In this document: piece by piece, positions 11,368 through 23,660 of the stretch
Layout: every line of letters begins with the position of its first letter
How positions within the stretch are numbered: the stretch's first letter is position 1
Source: Rhodosorus marinus CCMP1338
Taxonomy: Eukaryota; Plantae; Rhodophyta
Reading direction: 5' to 3'
Assembly (NCBI GenBank): GCA_029953675.1
Contig: JAMWBK010000012.1
Span: forward strand, 186,001-250,000
DNA length: 64,000 nt
The notes under the pieces: model-generated
The model's input: the letters and a program-made list of their open reading frames with translations, nothing else
The model's database searches: none
What the model was told of the DNA's origin: nothing
Made by a program: the position numbers and the translations under genes

Positions 11368-11374
11368 TTATATA
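11368..11374 (-). promoter_or_regulatory. Candidate TATA box (TATATAA)
   Basis: About 145 nt upstream of the 11223 ATG; position only. Confidence 0.35.
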
Positions 11375-11786
11375 GCCTTACAAGAGGTCTCCCGGAACGG
11401 TTCCCAAAACCTATTCCTCGCAAAACTCACGGGGAGTTGCTTGTCAGACTGATCACGTACTCATTCAGATTCCCCACCCTATCCCTTACCATTCCTGCTT
11501 CTTTCACTTTTACCCGCGTGCATCACCGCTAACCTCAACTAAACTAGACATAGTTTAGCCCCGCCTATTAAATCTAGCCCTGGCTACCCATGCAGATCCA
11601 CTAGTCCCTCACCGCTTGTCTCTTACTGTTAGTTGCACGATCTCCACAGGGTCATTTGGCTCTCGTTCAACCTTGGCCCACCACCTTTGGAGGCGCATGA
11701 TCGGCTTCAGTAGTCATTTTCTGCCACCCTCGAGGGTTTGATAGTTTTCGTATAGAGTCAGTCCACTGTAACAGACACCTAGCCCC

Positions 11787-11818
11787 TTTCAGCCTCCGAT
11801 TAAACCATTCGTTCGTTC
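11787..11818 (+). mobile_element. Solo family B 3' tip (TTTCAGCCTCCGATTAAACCATTCGTTCGTTC)
   Basis: Exact match to the B terminus at about 55967-55998. Confidence 0.85.
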
Positions 11819-12789
11819 TTTCTGGTTTCCTCATCCGGTGTTCAGTTTTTCTTGACAGTGCTGAGTTGCAAAAAAAAACAACTTACTCTACTATTTTCAT
11901 TAAACAAACGACGGTTGTTTTCCTCTGAACAATAATTTCCCGCCTTCGGCCAAGTCGGTTTTCCACAATGTGCTTTAGCCTCTTCTTGTTCGTTCAACTT
12001 TCAACCTATGCGGGGTGAGCTAAAGCATCAGTGTTAGCTCCCACAGGTTCAGGAAAAAGCGGGTCACACGTGCTCCAATAGAAAGACAGCATTCACGCAC
12101 CAACAACGGACAATTCAACGAAGTAATAGGAGAAGGGAGCCGGTGATCCGGGCGCCCTTCCGACAAAGAGAGTCGAGAGAGTCTATGAATCTCCGTACTC
12201 AATAACCACGGGGTGCAAGGCGAGGGCCAGTGCATAAAGCATCCCCTTCCACCCGAGGCGTCGCCATTGTGACCTGTCACGGAAAAAATCCATCAGCTTG
12301 CTACCAAAAAATCAATCATCTCATTGAAAAATCGATCACCATGATCCGAGTCAATCAACCTGAGTTTGATTCAATGAATTTATTGCAGCGCCTTCAGCGC
12401 CCCAATGATAGCCAATGATAGGACAAGGCCACCCTTATGCCCAAAACTCTCGCACTACTTAGTGAGTCTTTTTTTCCCTTGTAAGGGGGGGTGGATGGGT
12501 GCGCAAAGTGCTTGCCCCGAATAAAACACACATATGCAGCTCATTTTTCCAAAGGTTTTAGATCACTTATTTGGTTGGGGGGTGAGTTTTTCATTTCAAC
12601 ATAAAGGTATCCGTACTACATTTAGAAACTTTTCTTTGATATAGAATCAATCCCGGTTGTTTATTTTTGGAATAGTCGGTTGCACCAGAATTTATGGAAA
12701 CAAACGGAGTTTATTTAGGTTAGTTCTTGATATGGGTATCTCCTAGGAGCAGTCAGTGTAAGGCAGTCCTTGTGAATAGGCTTCCTTAG

Positions 12790-13640
12790 AATTTTGGGTG
12801 TGGAAGTGGAGACGCGGTGAGGGTTCCCCTGATTGGTTGTGAAAAGGAAGGGGGACCCCTGAAGAAAGCTTCTGATATGCTAAATGAGAAGAGCCAAGGT
12901 TGGAAGTGATACCGGAAGCAGTATGCGAAGGATATGCCCAGGTGTGAGCACCGATGGTTGGGTCTTGCTGAGCGCGAAGAGCGTCAGGGCGTTTCTGGCT
13001 GGGATGATGCATTCATTGTGAAGCAGTATTCAAGAGAAAGTAAAACCACTGGTATCTCCTGAAAAAAACACAAGCGTTCATGTCTCCTCGTTCATCTTCA
13101 TTGATTTATGGACGTGTTAAATCAGGCAGGGGAGGGAAGGAAGCCCAGTTTTTACATTCTTCGAGCTTAGATTAGGACGCTTTGCACTAAGTTTTTTAAG
13201 GAAATACAAAGCATTAAGGATCTGGAGTATTCGATAACTAAAGTAATTTCCAGTTTGCTACGTTTCGAGTTTCGAGCTTTCCACAAATCCGCAATCTGCT
13301 TCGTGCTCGGGCTGAGCAAACAAGGGCAAGCAAAGAAAAGTCGGGACAGAACTACTCTTCCAGTCAAATCATAACGATTTGATGTACGAATATTGTAACA
13401 TTGTTAATTTTAATAGGGTCATCTATAGTCGGGCTGAGCCAAACATGGGACAAGTCTGCGCTTCAACTACAGGCAGAGCACCATGGCGCTCTTCGCGCTC
13501 AGCAAACCCCAACCATCCGTGCTCACATCTGGGTACATCCTCGGCATACTGCTTCCTGTAGCACGTCCAAGCCTTCCTCTTCTCATTTAGCATACCAGGG
13601 GCTTTCTTCGGGGTTCCATCAATATTTGCCCGTGGATTGA
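12790..13640. repeat. Diverged inverted duplication (about 12790-13010 vs 13455-13640), plus four TCGGGCTGAGC(A/C)AA motifs between 13310 and 13800
   Basis: CGCTCTTCGCGCTCAGCAA..CCAACCATC.GTGCTCACA is present in opposite orientations. Confidence 0.7.
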
Positions 13641-14150
13641 CACGGTCGGGCTGAGCAAACACGGGACAAGGTCTGAATAAATCTGATGATGGACAAGGCC
13701 ACTCTTCATTTACAACTTTTCGTACGTACGAGGTATCAATATTTGCTAGTGGAGTAACCTTCATCTTAAACCGGATTGTACGCGGTCGGGCTGAGCAAAT
13801 TAGGGCAACCGGCCAGGAGGGGACGTCGTTGTTGATTGTTTATTAACGTTAAGCAAGAACCAGAGAGCTACTTCGAGCTTAGCGACTGCAACTAACCCTT
13901 TTACGAAAGCCAGCACTATCATGAAGTAGCATATCCAGCCGGATCATATTTCCGGAGTTCGTCGACCGCTCGTTCGAACGGATCCACATATTCTCGGATC
14001 GTTCGTCCCTCTCGATTTTCCCTCTGGATGATCTAAAAGGCAAGGACCCAACGACAATTAGCGGCAGCATGTTATCCCTGACGGCTGTTTGTAGGGAATC
14101 TCAGTTGTTCTTCTTTTCATTTTCCAAACGCGAGTACCAGGCACCCGTCC

Positions 14151-14595
14151 ATGGGTTCCAATAGTATGGTCTCATCGCTGTTAAGCGATTAGTATGCTTA
14201 CCGCTGGAGGACAGAAATGGAGCAGAACCGTACTGGTAATCTAAGTCCATGAGTGCCTCCTCATCCCCTTGTATTTCCCTTGTATTTCCCTTGTATTTCC
14301 CTTGTCTCGGGTACGTCATATACTGTTATCAGGTGATTGAAATCTGCTGATCGTCCTCTACGCTACCCGTTTCCTTCACCAATGAACACGGGGTAACGCT
14401 TGGGCTGGTGGCTAGGCCGGTCTTCTTAAGATAGAAGAGCCTGGCTCATCAGTTGCCTTGCCTGTTCCTGTCTGTAAAGGGCGTGTGCAATGGCCAGCAG
14501 AACCTGAGCTAGTACGGGACTCTGCCGCATCTTTCTCTTCCTGCGGTACACTGCTAATCGCTTAACAGCGATGAGACCATACTATTGGAACCCAT
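14151..14595. mobile_element. 445-bp MITE-like element with perfect 42-bp terminal inverted repeats and an internal 11-bp TTTCCCTTGTA tandem
   Basis: 14151-14192 is the exact reverse complement of 14554-14595. Confidence 0.7.
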
Positions 14596-14603
14596 CTCCA
14601 ATA

Positions 14604-15290
14604 TCTGGGTTTATTGGCTGGGTTTATTGGCTGGCTTTATTAGCATAGCCTACAGCGCTACGCAAACCGATAACAAGAACTAAGAACTAGGTAGGGAAGC
14701 GTGCAAACCCAGGCGCCGATGGCGCGCCTCAGCAAGCATGCTGGTCGAATATCGCAACAGAGGGACACTTAAGCGCCGCAAAAGTTCCAAGTATTCAACA
14801 CGATGCTCAGTGAAACATTTCCGCAACCACTCCAAACCCGACTTCTCCACGTGACCAAAGCTTTCCACAATGAAAGGCTGGAACCGGTGGGAGCGACCCT
14901 CAGCGCGAGGCAGGCTGGCCATACTCTCAGCATACCGTCGTTCCTTCACGCGGCGAAAGGCCGAAGCAGCTGCTCCCCGGCGACGGGCGGCAGCCGTGAG
15001 ATAGGCGCTTGCCACAGGGCATGTAATCGCGAGGTCAACATATGCTGAGCGTCTGGCGGCAGCATCGGAGACGAGGAGATCTGCGATACGGCGGGGCGGT
15101 GCCCTATCCGAGACCGATCTGGGTAGTTCCGATTCCACCTCAACCGTATGCCCTACCCGAGTCAGATATTCGCTGAGAATATACTTGAAGCGAGTGTGAC
15201 GCCTCGTACGAAGACCTGTCAACAGTCCACATGAACCTAAGAAATGGTAGCCACAAGCATCGATCCGACTCTCACATCCCTGACTTTGTA
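14604..15290 (-). mobile_element. 5'-truncated family A2 copy with AATAAA(G/C)CC-type tail
   Basis: ORF 14680-15222 with RLE motifs; tail reads TTTATTGGCTGG on + strand. Confidence 0.92.
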
Positions 15291-15314
15291 TAGGTACTTG
15301 ATAAAGTAGTGCGT

Positions 15315-15830
15315 GTGGGCTTTACTGGCATAGCCTGAAGCGCTATGCAAGGCGCGAAAAGGAACTAAGAACTAGGGAGGGAAGCGTGCAAACCCAGTCG
15401 CCGATGGCGCGCCTCGGCAAGCATGCTAGTTGATATTCTAGCACAGGGATGTCGAGGTTAATCACCCTTGGAGTGTCCAACCGTGGTGCGTATAGAACAC
15501 ATTTCGAACGTTGCAGCTTTGCTCCGATGCCCCTCAAGGCCTCCTGGCTCCATAACAGCTCGGTCTTACGGGTTTGTAGCTCACCTACTAACAAAATATC
15601 GTCGTGCACTGCCGCGAGCGTCGACTCAGGGAACTTTCTTCTCAGAGCCCGCAAAAAAGGTGCTAGGGCGAGTGCATGTAGCACCGGTCCCAAGGGGGTC
15701 CCCTTGTTGCACTTCCGTCTTGGCCTCCAGGAACAGGCGGTCGGTGATTAGTTTCGTTGCAGCTCGCCCAGGCCAAATGCAGGGGGGCACTTTCCTCTGA
15801 TTCCTCATACCAAAGGCCAACGTAACCCCA
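15315..15830 (-). mobile_element. RT fragment of a non-A lineage (about 15440-15830, frameshifted) fused to a short A 3' end (15315-15440)
   Basis: EVQQGDPLG / GPVLHALAL / AAVHDDILLVG / LQRSKC are RT motifs clearly different from the A protein. Confidence 0.75.
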
Positions 15831-15834
15831 GACT

Positions 15835-16685
15835 AACGCAATCTTGCTCAACTCTCCCCTCACACCGCCTACCACCGCCGCTCGCCTCAGGCAACCTGTC
15901 GCACTTGTGGTTAACCACGCTGCCTTCGTCACTGAGTCACCGTCTCGATGCCTTTCAGTTTCGCTCTGCGGCACGGATCTATCTGGGTTTGCCACAAACT
16001 CCGTGGCGCTCTAATCGGCCGTCTTTCTGTCAGGGATGTGAGAGTCGGATCGATGCTTGTGGTTACCACTTCTTAGGTTCATGTGGACTGTTGACAGGTC
16101 TTCGTACGAGGCGTCACACTCGCTTCAAGTACATTCTCAGCGGATATTTGACTCGGGTAGGGCATACGGTTGAGGTGGAATCGGAACCACCCAGATCGGT
16201 CTCGGATAGTGCACCGCCCCGCTGTATCGCAGATCTCCTCGTCTCCGATGCTGCCGCCAGACGCTCAGCATATGTTGACCTCGCGATTACATGCCCTGTG
16301 GCAAGCGCTCATCTCACGGCTGCCGCCCGTCGCCGGGGAGCAGCTGCTTCGGCCCTTCGCAGTGTGAAAGAACGACGGTATGCTGAGAGTATGGCCAGTC
16401 TGACTCGCGTGTTGAGGGTCGTTCCCACCGGTCCCAGCCTTTCATTGTGGAAAGATTTGGTCATGTCGAGAAGGCGGGTTTGGAGTGGTTGCGAAAATGT
16501 TTCACTGAGCATCGTGTTGAATACTTGGAACTTTTGCGGCGTTTTAGTGTCTCTCTGTGGCGATATTCGAGCAGCATGCTTGCCGAGGCGCGCCATCGGC
16601 GCCTGGGTTTTCACGCTTCCCTACCTAGTTCTTAGTTCATTTTCACGCTTTGCGTATACACTCTAGGCTATACCAATAAAACCAC
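15835..16685 (+). mobile_element. 5'-truncated A2 copy
   Basis: ORF 15905-16666 with CCHC and RLE motifs; late frameshift. Confidence 0.9.
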
Positions 16686-16689
16686 GCTG

Positions 16690-17175
16690 TCGCAGGGTGC
16701 AGGGGGGTGCGTCTGCCCCTTTGGACCATCTGCGACCGGCACAGCTTTGCTTGCTAACGAAACCCGACCACGAGCCGGCACACCCACGTCTCCGGCCGAT
16801 CGGCATGGTCGAGAGTCTACGGAAGCTCGCCGGGAGGTGGCTATGCCAGCGCCTACGCCAGCGAGTCACCGCTTTTATGGCGCCCTGGCAGGTAGGGGTG
16901 GGATTTTCCAGGGGGTGGCGAACTGATCACTCATGCGATCGAGCTCGAGCGAGCCAGTAGGCCGGATTGGGGCGTTTCGGTGGTTGACTTCCGCAACGCG
17001 TTCAACAGCGTCTCGCGGACGCATGCTTTGGAGGTGATTCGAAGGGTAGTCCCGGAGGCGTGGCCGTTCCTATCCGGTATTTACGGAAGGGGGAGCCTTC
17101 CTTACTTGACAACGCAGGGTTCTGTTTTTGCAGCATGTACTGGCGTTCAACAGGGTGATCCTTGTGGGCCTCTCT
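16690..17175 (+). mobile_element. Frameshifted family A RT fragment following an A2 tail
   Basis: RLRPIGMVE, VDFRNAFNSVSR, GVQQGDPCGP. Confidence 0.88.
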
Positions 17176-17428
17176 GGAGAAGTTTCGTCAATGTCAGATA
17201 CGAATAAATAAGCCCCATATTTATATTATCACCACACACCATGCTCGCAAGCCCCCAAACGTGGCTTTGATGGTTCAGGGGTCCAATTTTCCTCTGCAGT
17301 GGTCCAAACTTTTTCGGCTCCTCGGCCATTGTTGTTTCAGTCTTAGCGAAACACCAAAAACTCACAGACCGTAAAGCATCGTCAGCACGAGATGCGTTTA
17401 CGGCAGTAACTATGCAACTGATATCACT

Positions 17429-19395
17429 GGACTTTACTAGCATAGCCTGAAGCGCTACGCAAGGCGTGAAGATGAACTAATAACTAGGGAGGGAAGTATG
17501 CAACCCCAGGCGCCGATGGCGCGCCTCGGAAAGCATGTCGCTGGAATATCGCCAAAGGGAGACACTTAAACGCCTCAAGAGCGCCAAATATTCAGTAGCA
17601 TGCTCAGCAAAACATTTCCGCAACCACTCTAAACCCGACTTATCGACGTGACCAAAGCTTTCCACAATGAATGGCTGGAACCGGTGAGAGCGACCCTCAG
17701 CGCAAGGCAGACTGGCCATGCTCTCAGCATACCGTCGTTCCTTAACTCTTCGAAGGGCTGAAGCCGCGGCCCCCCGGCGGCGGGCGGCTGCGGTGAGGTG
17801 GGCGCTGGCCACGGGGCAGGTAATCGCAAGGTCCACATATGTTGAGCGTCTGGCAGCAGCGTCAGAGACGAGGAGATCGGCTATACAACGGGGCGGTGCA
17901 GAGTCCGAGATTGATCTGGGCAGTTCCGACTCAACCTCAACCGTATGCCCTATCCGAGTCAAAAATTCGCTGAGGATGTACTTGAGGCGAGTGTGACGCC
18001 TCGTACGGAGACCTCGCAACAGTCCGCAGGAACCCAGGAAGTGGTAGCCACAAGCGTCAATCCGGCTCTCACATCCCTGACAAAAAGACGGCCGATTAGA
18101 GTGCCACGGAGCCTGTGGCAAACCGAGATAGATCCGTGCGGCAGAACGGAACTGGAAAGCATCGAGACGATGACTCAATGACGACGGTAGAGTGGTTAAC
18201 CACAAGTGCGAGAGGTGGCCTCCCATGCCGCGGAGACGAGCGGCAGTGGTAGGCGGCGTGAGAGGAGAATTGAGCATGACTGTGTGAGCGGCACTGTGTT
18301 GGCCCCAGGTGAGGCTATGTTGAATCACATCAGTGCGGGAGCTCCACAATCGGCTCAAACCCGGGTAGTCTGCAACAGGGGACCCGGGGCTAGCCTCTCC
18401 GTCATCGGCAAGAACTCGGTCGAGGGGACAATCCTCAATCGCTTCAGCTCGTCCCCATAACAGCTCCCTCCAGGAACGAAAGCGGGACCGATTTGCGTCC
18501 GGCACGGCGTTGCACCTCCTGAACGCGTGTTGAAGACCATCATAAATTGTCAAAAGCGGGGGCGGCAGGGTCACTGGATCCTCGTTGGTCAAAGCTCGAG
18601 CCAAGAGACAGGCACTTCGCATCTGGAAGGTCACCAACGTTCGCAGCGCGGTAGCCCAGGAGGCAACCGCCGCTGGCGAGCATACCAGCCCACGGTCTGC
18701 GACGCCGAATCCCCCTAATCGCAACGGGAGAGCGATCTGTGCACGAATTAAGTCCCTGTCGGGAGCAGCTTCAAGATCGAGGGGCTCATCCAAGAGCGTT
18801 CCCCAGTGTTGCAGGGTCATTTCGTCGGCTTTAGCCGCGATCCACGAGCCCCAAGCTGGAGGCAGGCTGCGCAACCAGTAGTTGAGTCTGGGACCGGCAC
18901 AAAAGCGGGAAAGCAAGCAGGCCGATTGCAGCATGCTGTCGGGTAGGTGCTGAATGGCGTCGGTGAGTTGCTTGTGCCGTGCCAAAACTCGCTCGCAGGA
19001 TGCTTGGACAAAGTTGTCAGTCCCCAATCCGACGCCGTGGTGTTCGAACCCTTCACGTTCGCTGATTAGTCGCAGAGTGGGTGGCAGAGAGTTCAGCGAC
19101 ACGTCCCTCGGGGGGAGAAAGCGACATTTTTCTGTTTCCACAGTCAAACCGAGGCGACGTGCAATCGCTTCGATCGCGGTCAGTCCCCTAGCCAGGGTGT
19201 CAGGGGTGCCCAGCAATGTTACGTCATCGTGGTACGCGCAGATTCGAAGATCCGAGACCTCAGTCGAAAGACGTAAAAGTACGAGCTGTAGGGCACAGGC
19301 ATGAAGAAGAGGTCCGCAAGGGTCGCCTTGTTGGACGCCAGTATGTGCTTGAAAAACAGTGCCCTCCGTTGTCAAGTAGGGGAGGCTCTCCCCTC
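17429..19395 (-). mobile_element. 5'-truncated A1 copy (RT C-half, CCHC, RLE) with 11-bp TSD CTGATATCACT
   Basis: 642-aa ORF 17477-19405; CTGATATCACT at 17418-17428 and 19396-19406. Confidence 0.95.
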
Positions 19396-19454
19396 CTGAT
19401 ATCACTAGTACCCGGAATTCGTTGCTTTGCTCTTCTCCTACCTTCCCAAGGTCG

Positions 19455-20055
19455 GCCTGAATACTTGGAACTTTTGCGGCGTTTAAGTGTCTCTCTCTGG
19501 CGATATTCGAGTAGCATGCTTGCCGAGGCGGGCCATAGGCGCCTGGGTTTGCACGCTTCCCTACTAGGACTTAGTTCCTTTCACGCCTTGCGTAGCGCTT
19601 CAGACTATGCTAGGTTCCTGAAGAATTGTGGTCCGGCTGAGAATTGGGGTTTTGTTTCTTTTTCGGTCGCGAGCGTGTTCGTTTACGGGAAGCACTTCCT
19701 CTGGTACGCCTTCCCCTCGATTTTCCGCGGTGCGTCGTTTGCTTTTGCAACTACTTCTGTCTTCCGGGTGGGTGTGTTGCGGGGCCTTTCCTATTTGGGT
19801 TGGGTTTGGTCGCTTATTCTCTCGGTGCGGTTTCATATTGGTGGTGCAACGTTTCCTTTGCGCATTCCCTCAGGATGGTAGGGATATCTCCGCGCTCGAC
19901 GGAGCCTCCTCCCAAGGAGGCACTGCCAGGTGGGGGACTCCGTGTTCGCAACAGCTGCGGCACGTTTTCTTCCGAGGTTGACTTGGAAGGCGCTTCTGGC
20001 ACCCAGGCGCGTGCACTACCCTTATCTCCGCTGTCACCGGCCTGATCACGGCTGC
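19455..20055 (+). mobile_element. A2 3' tip followed by the first approx. 420 nt of a family A 5' end
   Basis: Identity to A2 3' end, then to about 49707-50120. Confidence 0.88.
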
Positions 20056-20057
20056 GA

Positions 20058-20890
20058 GTGAAGCGTACGAAGCGCCCCCCTTGCGGCCACCACGTGCCCC
20101 CGCAGTAGCCGGGAGCTGGTGACCACCTGAGGGCTGGTCCAAGAGAGGGAAGTCCACAGCTGCAGTTTTCTCCACACCGGTTGCCGCACAGTCACCACCA
20201 CCATTGCCTCGAGTCCCCGAGCGCTGAAGCGCGTTTTGGCCCGGCCTGCCGCTCCCCAACGTCGTACTGTCCCGCGCAGAAGCAACCGCCCTCGCCTGTC
20301 CCGGGACAGGTTCATGTTGATTGACCTGATGTTGACTGCCTTCAGCCAACGCTGCCACTCTTGGGCAATTCAAATTCTCGTCCGAATTTGAATTTGACCT
20401 GGCCAGCAATCCCGATTCCAGCCCACCTAGCTTCTGGGTGAGCTGAGGGAGCACTCCACGATCACTCGCAGCCGTGATCAGGCTGGTGACAGCGGAGATA
20501 AGTGCACGCGCCTGGGTGCCAGAAGCGCCTTCCAAGTCAACCTCGGAAGAAAAGGTGCCGCAGCTGAGGCGAACACGGAGTCCCCCACCTGGCAGTGCCT
20601 CCTTGGGAGGAGGCTCCGTCGAGCGCGGAGATATCCCTACCATCCTGAGGGAATGCGCAAAGGAAACGTTGCACCACCAATATGAAACCGCACCGAGAGA
20701 ATAATCGACCAAACCCAACCCAAATAGGAAAGGCCCCGCAACACACCCACCCGGAAGACAGAAGTAGTTGCAAATGCAAACGACGCCCCGCGGAAAACCG
20801 AGGGGAAGGCGTACCAGAGGAAGCGCTTCCCGTAAACGAACACGCTCGCGACCGAAAAAGAAACAAAACCCCAATCCTCGACGACAAGTC
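20058..20890 (-). mobile_element. Family A 5' end (about 830 nt, 5' UTR plus ORF1 start), convergent with the previous 5' end
   Basis: Reverse complement of about 49684-50524. Confidence 0.9.
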
Positions 20891-20904
20891 CTACAACATT
20901 TTGG

Positions 20905-21630
20905 TCTAAGAACTCGGTGGGGAAGCGTGCAAACCCAGGCGCCGATGGCGCGCCTCGGCAAGCATGCTGCTCTAATATCGCCACAGAGAGACACTTAAGC
21001 GCCGCAAAAGTTCCAAGTATTCAACACGATGCTCAGTGGAACATTTCCGCAACCACTCCAAACCCGACTTCTCCACGTGACCAAAGCTTTCCACAATGAA
21101 AGGCTGGAACCGGTGGGAGCGACCCTCAGCGCGAGGCAGGCTGGCCATACTCTCGGCATACCGTCGTTCCTTCACGCGGCGAAGGGCCGAAGCAGCTGCT
21201 CCCCGGCGACGGGCGGCAGCTGTGAGATGGGCGCTTGCCACAGGGCATGTAATCGCGAGGTCAACATATGCTGAGCGCCTGGCGGCAGCATCGGAGACGA
21301 GGAGATCTGCGATACGGCGGGGCGGTGCCCTATCTGAGACCGATCTGGGTAGTTCCGATTCCACCTCAACCGTATGCCCTACCCGAGTCATACATTCGCT
21401 GAGAATGTACTTGAAGCGAGTGTGACGCCTCGTACGAAGACCTCTCAACAGTCCGCATGAACCTAAGAAATGGTAACCACAAGCATCGATCTGACTCTCA
21501 CATCCCTGACAGAAAGACGGCCGATTAGAGTGCCACGGAGCTTGTGGCAAACCCAGGTAAATCCGTGCGGCAGAGCGAAACTGGAAGGCATCCAGACGGT
21601 GACCCAGTGATGACGGCAGGGTCGTTAACC
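20905..21630 (-). mobile_element. 5'-truncated A2 copy lying upstream of the 20890 5' end on the same strand
   Basis: CCHC and RLE motifs in ORF 20972-21856. Confidence 0.9.
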
Positions 21631-21633
21631 GTT

Positions 21634-22300
21634 GATTTAGATTCCCTTGCGTCCGTTCTTGCGATAATGAATATATAGCGGAATAGTTTTGACTTTTTAG
21701 TGGATATCTATGAACCTTACTCAATTCATTCATTGAATTTCCAACTTGCGATTGACGCAATGAATGCCACCTTCCCCCAACCCCTTTCCCTTCGGTGTTC
21801 CGAAACCATCGCTCTGTTTGAATGTCGTAATTGTGGTGGATTTGGCTTGTGGTCACAACGGTTTTTCTCGTTAGTTGTTTTGGCCCGTAGCCACAACGGT
21901 TTTTGTCGTTAGTTTGGATTCCCTTATGTCCGTCACTGCGACAAATGAATAGGTTTCAGTGGATATCTATGAAACTTATTGAATTTCCAGCGTGCATTGA
22001 GCAACCGCCAGTGTCCGTATACCCCGTGCGTTGAGCAACCGCCAATGTCCGTATACCCCGTGCGTTGAGCAACCGCCAATCTCCGTATACCCCGTGCGTT
22101 GAACAACCGCCAATCTCCGCATACCCCGTGCGTTGGGCAACCGCCAATGTCCGTATACCCCCACTCCTTTCGGTCTTCCGAACCCGTTGCCAACGCACCT
22201 TTTGACTGTCGTAGGGTGGTGGTGGTGTTATGGAGAACTGAAAATAACCAAAAGCGCCTCCTTCACCAAACAACTTTTACACAATTCAGTTCCCTACTTC
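21634..22300. repeat. Unclassified dispersed repeat X, copy 1, containing a 34-bp minisatellite (about 4.8 units, 21999-22160)
   Basis: Colinear with about 24255-25190; unit GAGCAACCGCCAATGTCCGTATACCCCGTGCGTT. Confidence 0.8.
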
Positions 22301-22304
22301 TTAA

Positions 22305-23660
22305 TGCATGGGTACGAACTGAGGCGCTCGAGGACTCTCCCATCGACGGAGTACTCGCCGACGAGGGGGAAGCTAGCCTCGGGTCACCGGTTGCCGATTA
22401 CCCGGGTCTGAGCCGATTGTGGAGCTCGCGCATTTATGTGATTCAACATACCTTCACCTGGGGCCAACACAGTGCCGCTCACGCAATCTTGTTCAACTCT
22501 CCCTTCACACCGCCTACCCTCGCCGCTCGCCTCCACGGCATGGGAGGCCATCTATCACATTTGTGGTTAACGACGCTGCCGTCATCACTGGCTCACCGTC
22601 ATCACTGGCTCACCGTCTGGATGCCTTTCAGTTTCGCTCTGCCGCACGGATTTGCCTGGGTTTACCACAGGCTCCGTGGCACTCTACTCAGCCGTCTTTC
22701 TGTCAGGGATGTGAGAGTCGGATTGATGCTTGTTCTTAGGTTCATGCGGACTGTGGAGAGGTCTTCGTACGAGGCGTCACACTCGCTTCAAGTACATTCT
22801 CAACGAATGTTTGACTCGGGTAGGGCATACGGTTGAGGTGGAATCGGAGCTACCCAGATCGGTCTCGGATAGGACACCGCTCCGCTGTATCGCAGATCTC
22901 TTTGTCTCCGATGCTGCCGCTAGACGCTCAGCATATGCTGACCTCGCGATTACATGCCCTGTAGCAAGTCCCCATCTCACGGCTGCCGCCCGCCGCAGGG
23001 GAGCAGCTGCTTGGGCCCTTCGCCGCGTGAAGGATCGACGGTATGCTGAGAGTATGGGCTGTCTGACTCGCGCTGAGGGTCGCTCCCACCGGTTCCAGCC
23101 TTTCATTGTGGAAAGCGTTGGTCACGTGGAGGAGTCGGGTTTGGAGTGGTTGCGGAAATGTTTCACTGAGCATCCTGTTGAATGCTTGGAACTTTTGCGG
23201 CGTTTACGTGTCTCTCTGTGGCGATATTCGAGCAGCATGCTTGCCGAGGCGCGCCATCGGCGCCTGGGTTTGCACGCTTCCCTACCTAGTTCCTAGTTCC
23301 TTTTCACGGGTTGCGTAGCGCTTTAAGCTATGCTAATAAAGCCAATAAAACGGTATACTGAGAGTATGGCCAGTCTGCCTCGCGCAGAGGGTCGCTCCCA
23401 CCGGTTCCAGCCTTTCATTGTGGAAGGCTTTGGTCACATGGAGAAGGCGGGTTTGGAGTTTATGGGTTGTGGAAATGTTTCACTGAGCATCCTGTTGAAT
23501 ACTTGGAACTTTTTCGTCGTTTAAGTGTCTCTCTGTGGCGATATTCGAGCAGCATGCTTGCCGAGGCGCGCCATCGGCGCCTGGGTTTGCACGCTGCTAG
23601 AATATCGCCACAGGGCAGCACTCAAAGCCGCAAAGGCGCCAAGTACTCAGTAGGATGCTC
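22305..23660 (+). mobile_element. A2 copy (22305-23350) followed head-to-tail by a shorter A2 copy and a small inverted piece
   Basis: RLE ORF 22730-23296; tail AATAAAGCCAATAAAA joins the next copy. Confidence 0.9.

Noticed and set aside
17629-19304. Recurrent short antisense or alternate-frame ORFs (e.g. MPYPSQKF.., MLSAYRRS.., MWTLRLPA..)
   Set aside because: They recur only because the retroelement is repeated and GC-rich; they are shadows of ORF2.
19870-20994. 374-aa ORF as a host gene
   Set aside because: It is a chance fusion of an A2 3' end, the A 5' UTR/ORF1 start and antisense sequence across rearrangement junctions.
21999-22160. 34-bp repeats as a CRISPR array
   Set aside because: Units are directly adjacent with no spacers, there are no cas genes and the context is eukaryotic; this is a minisatellite.
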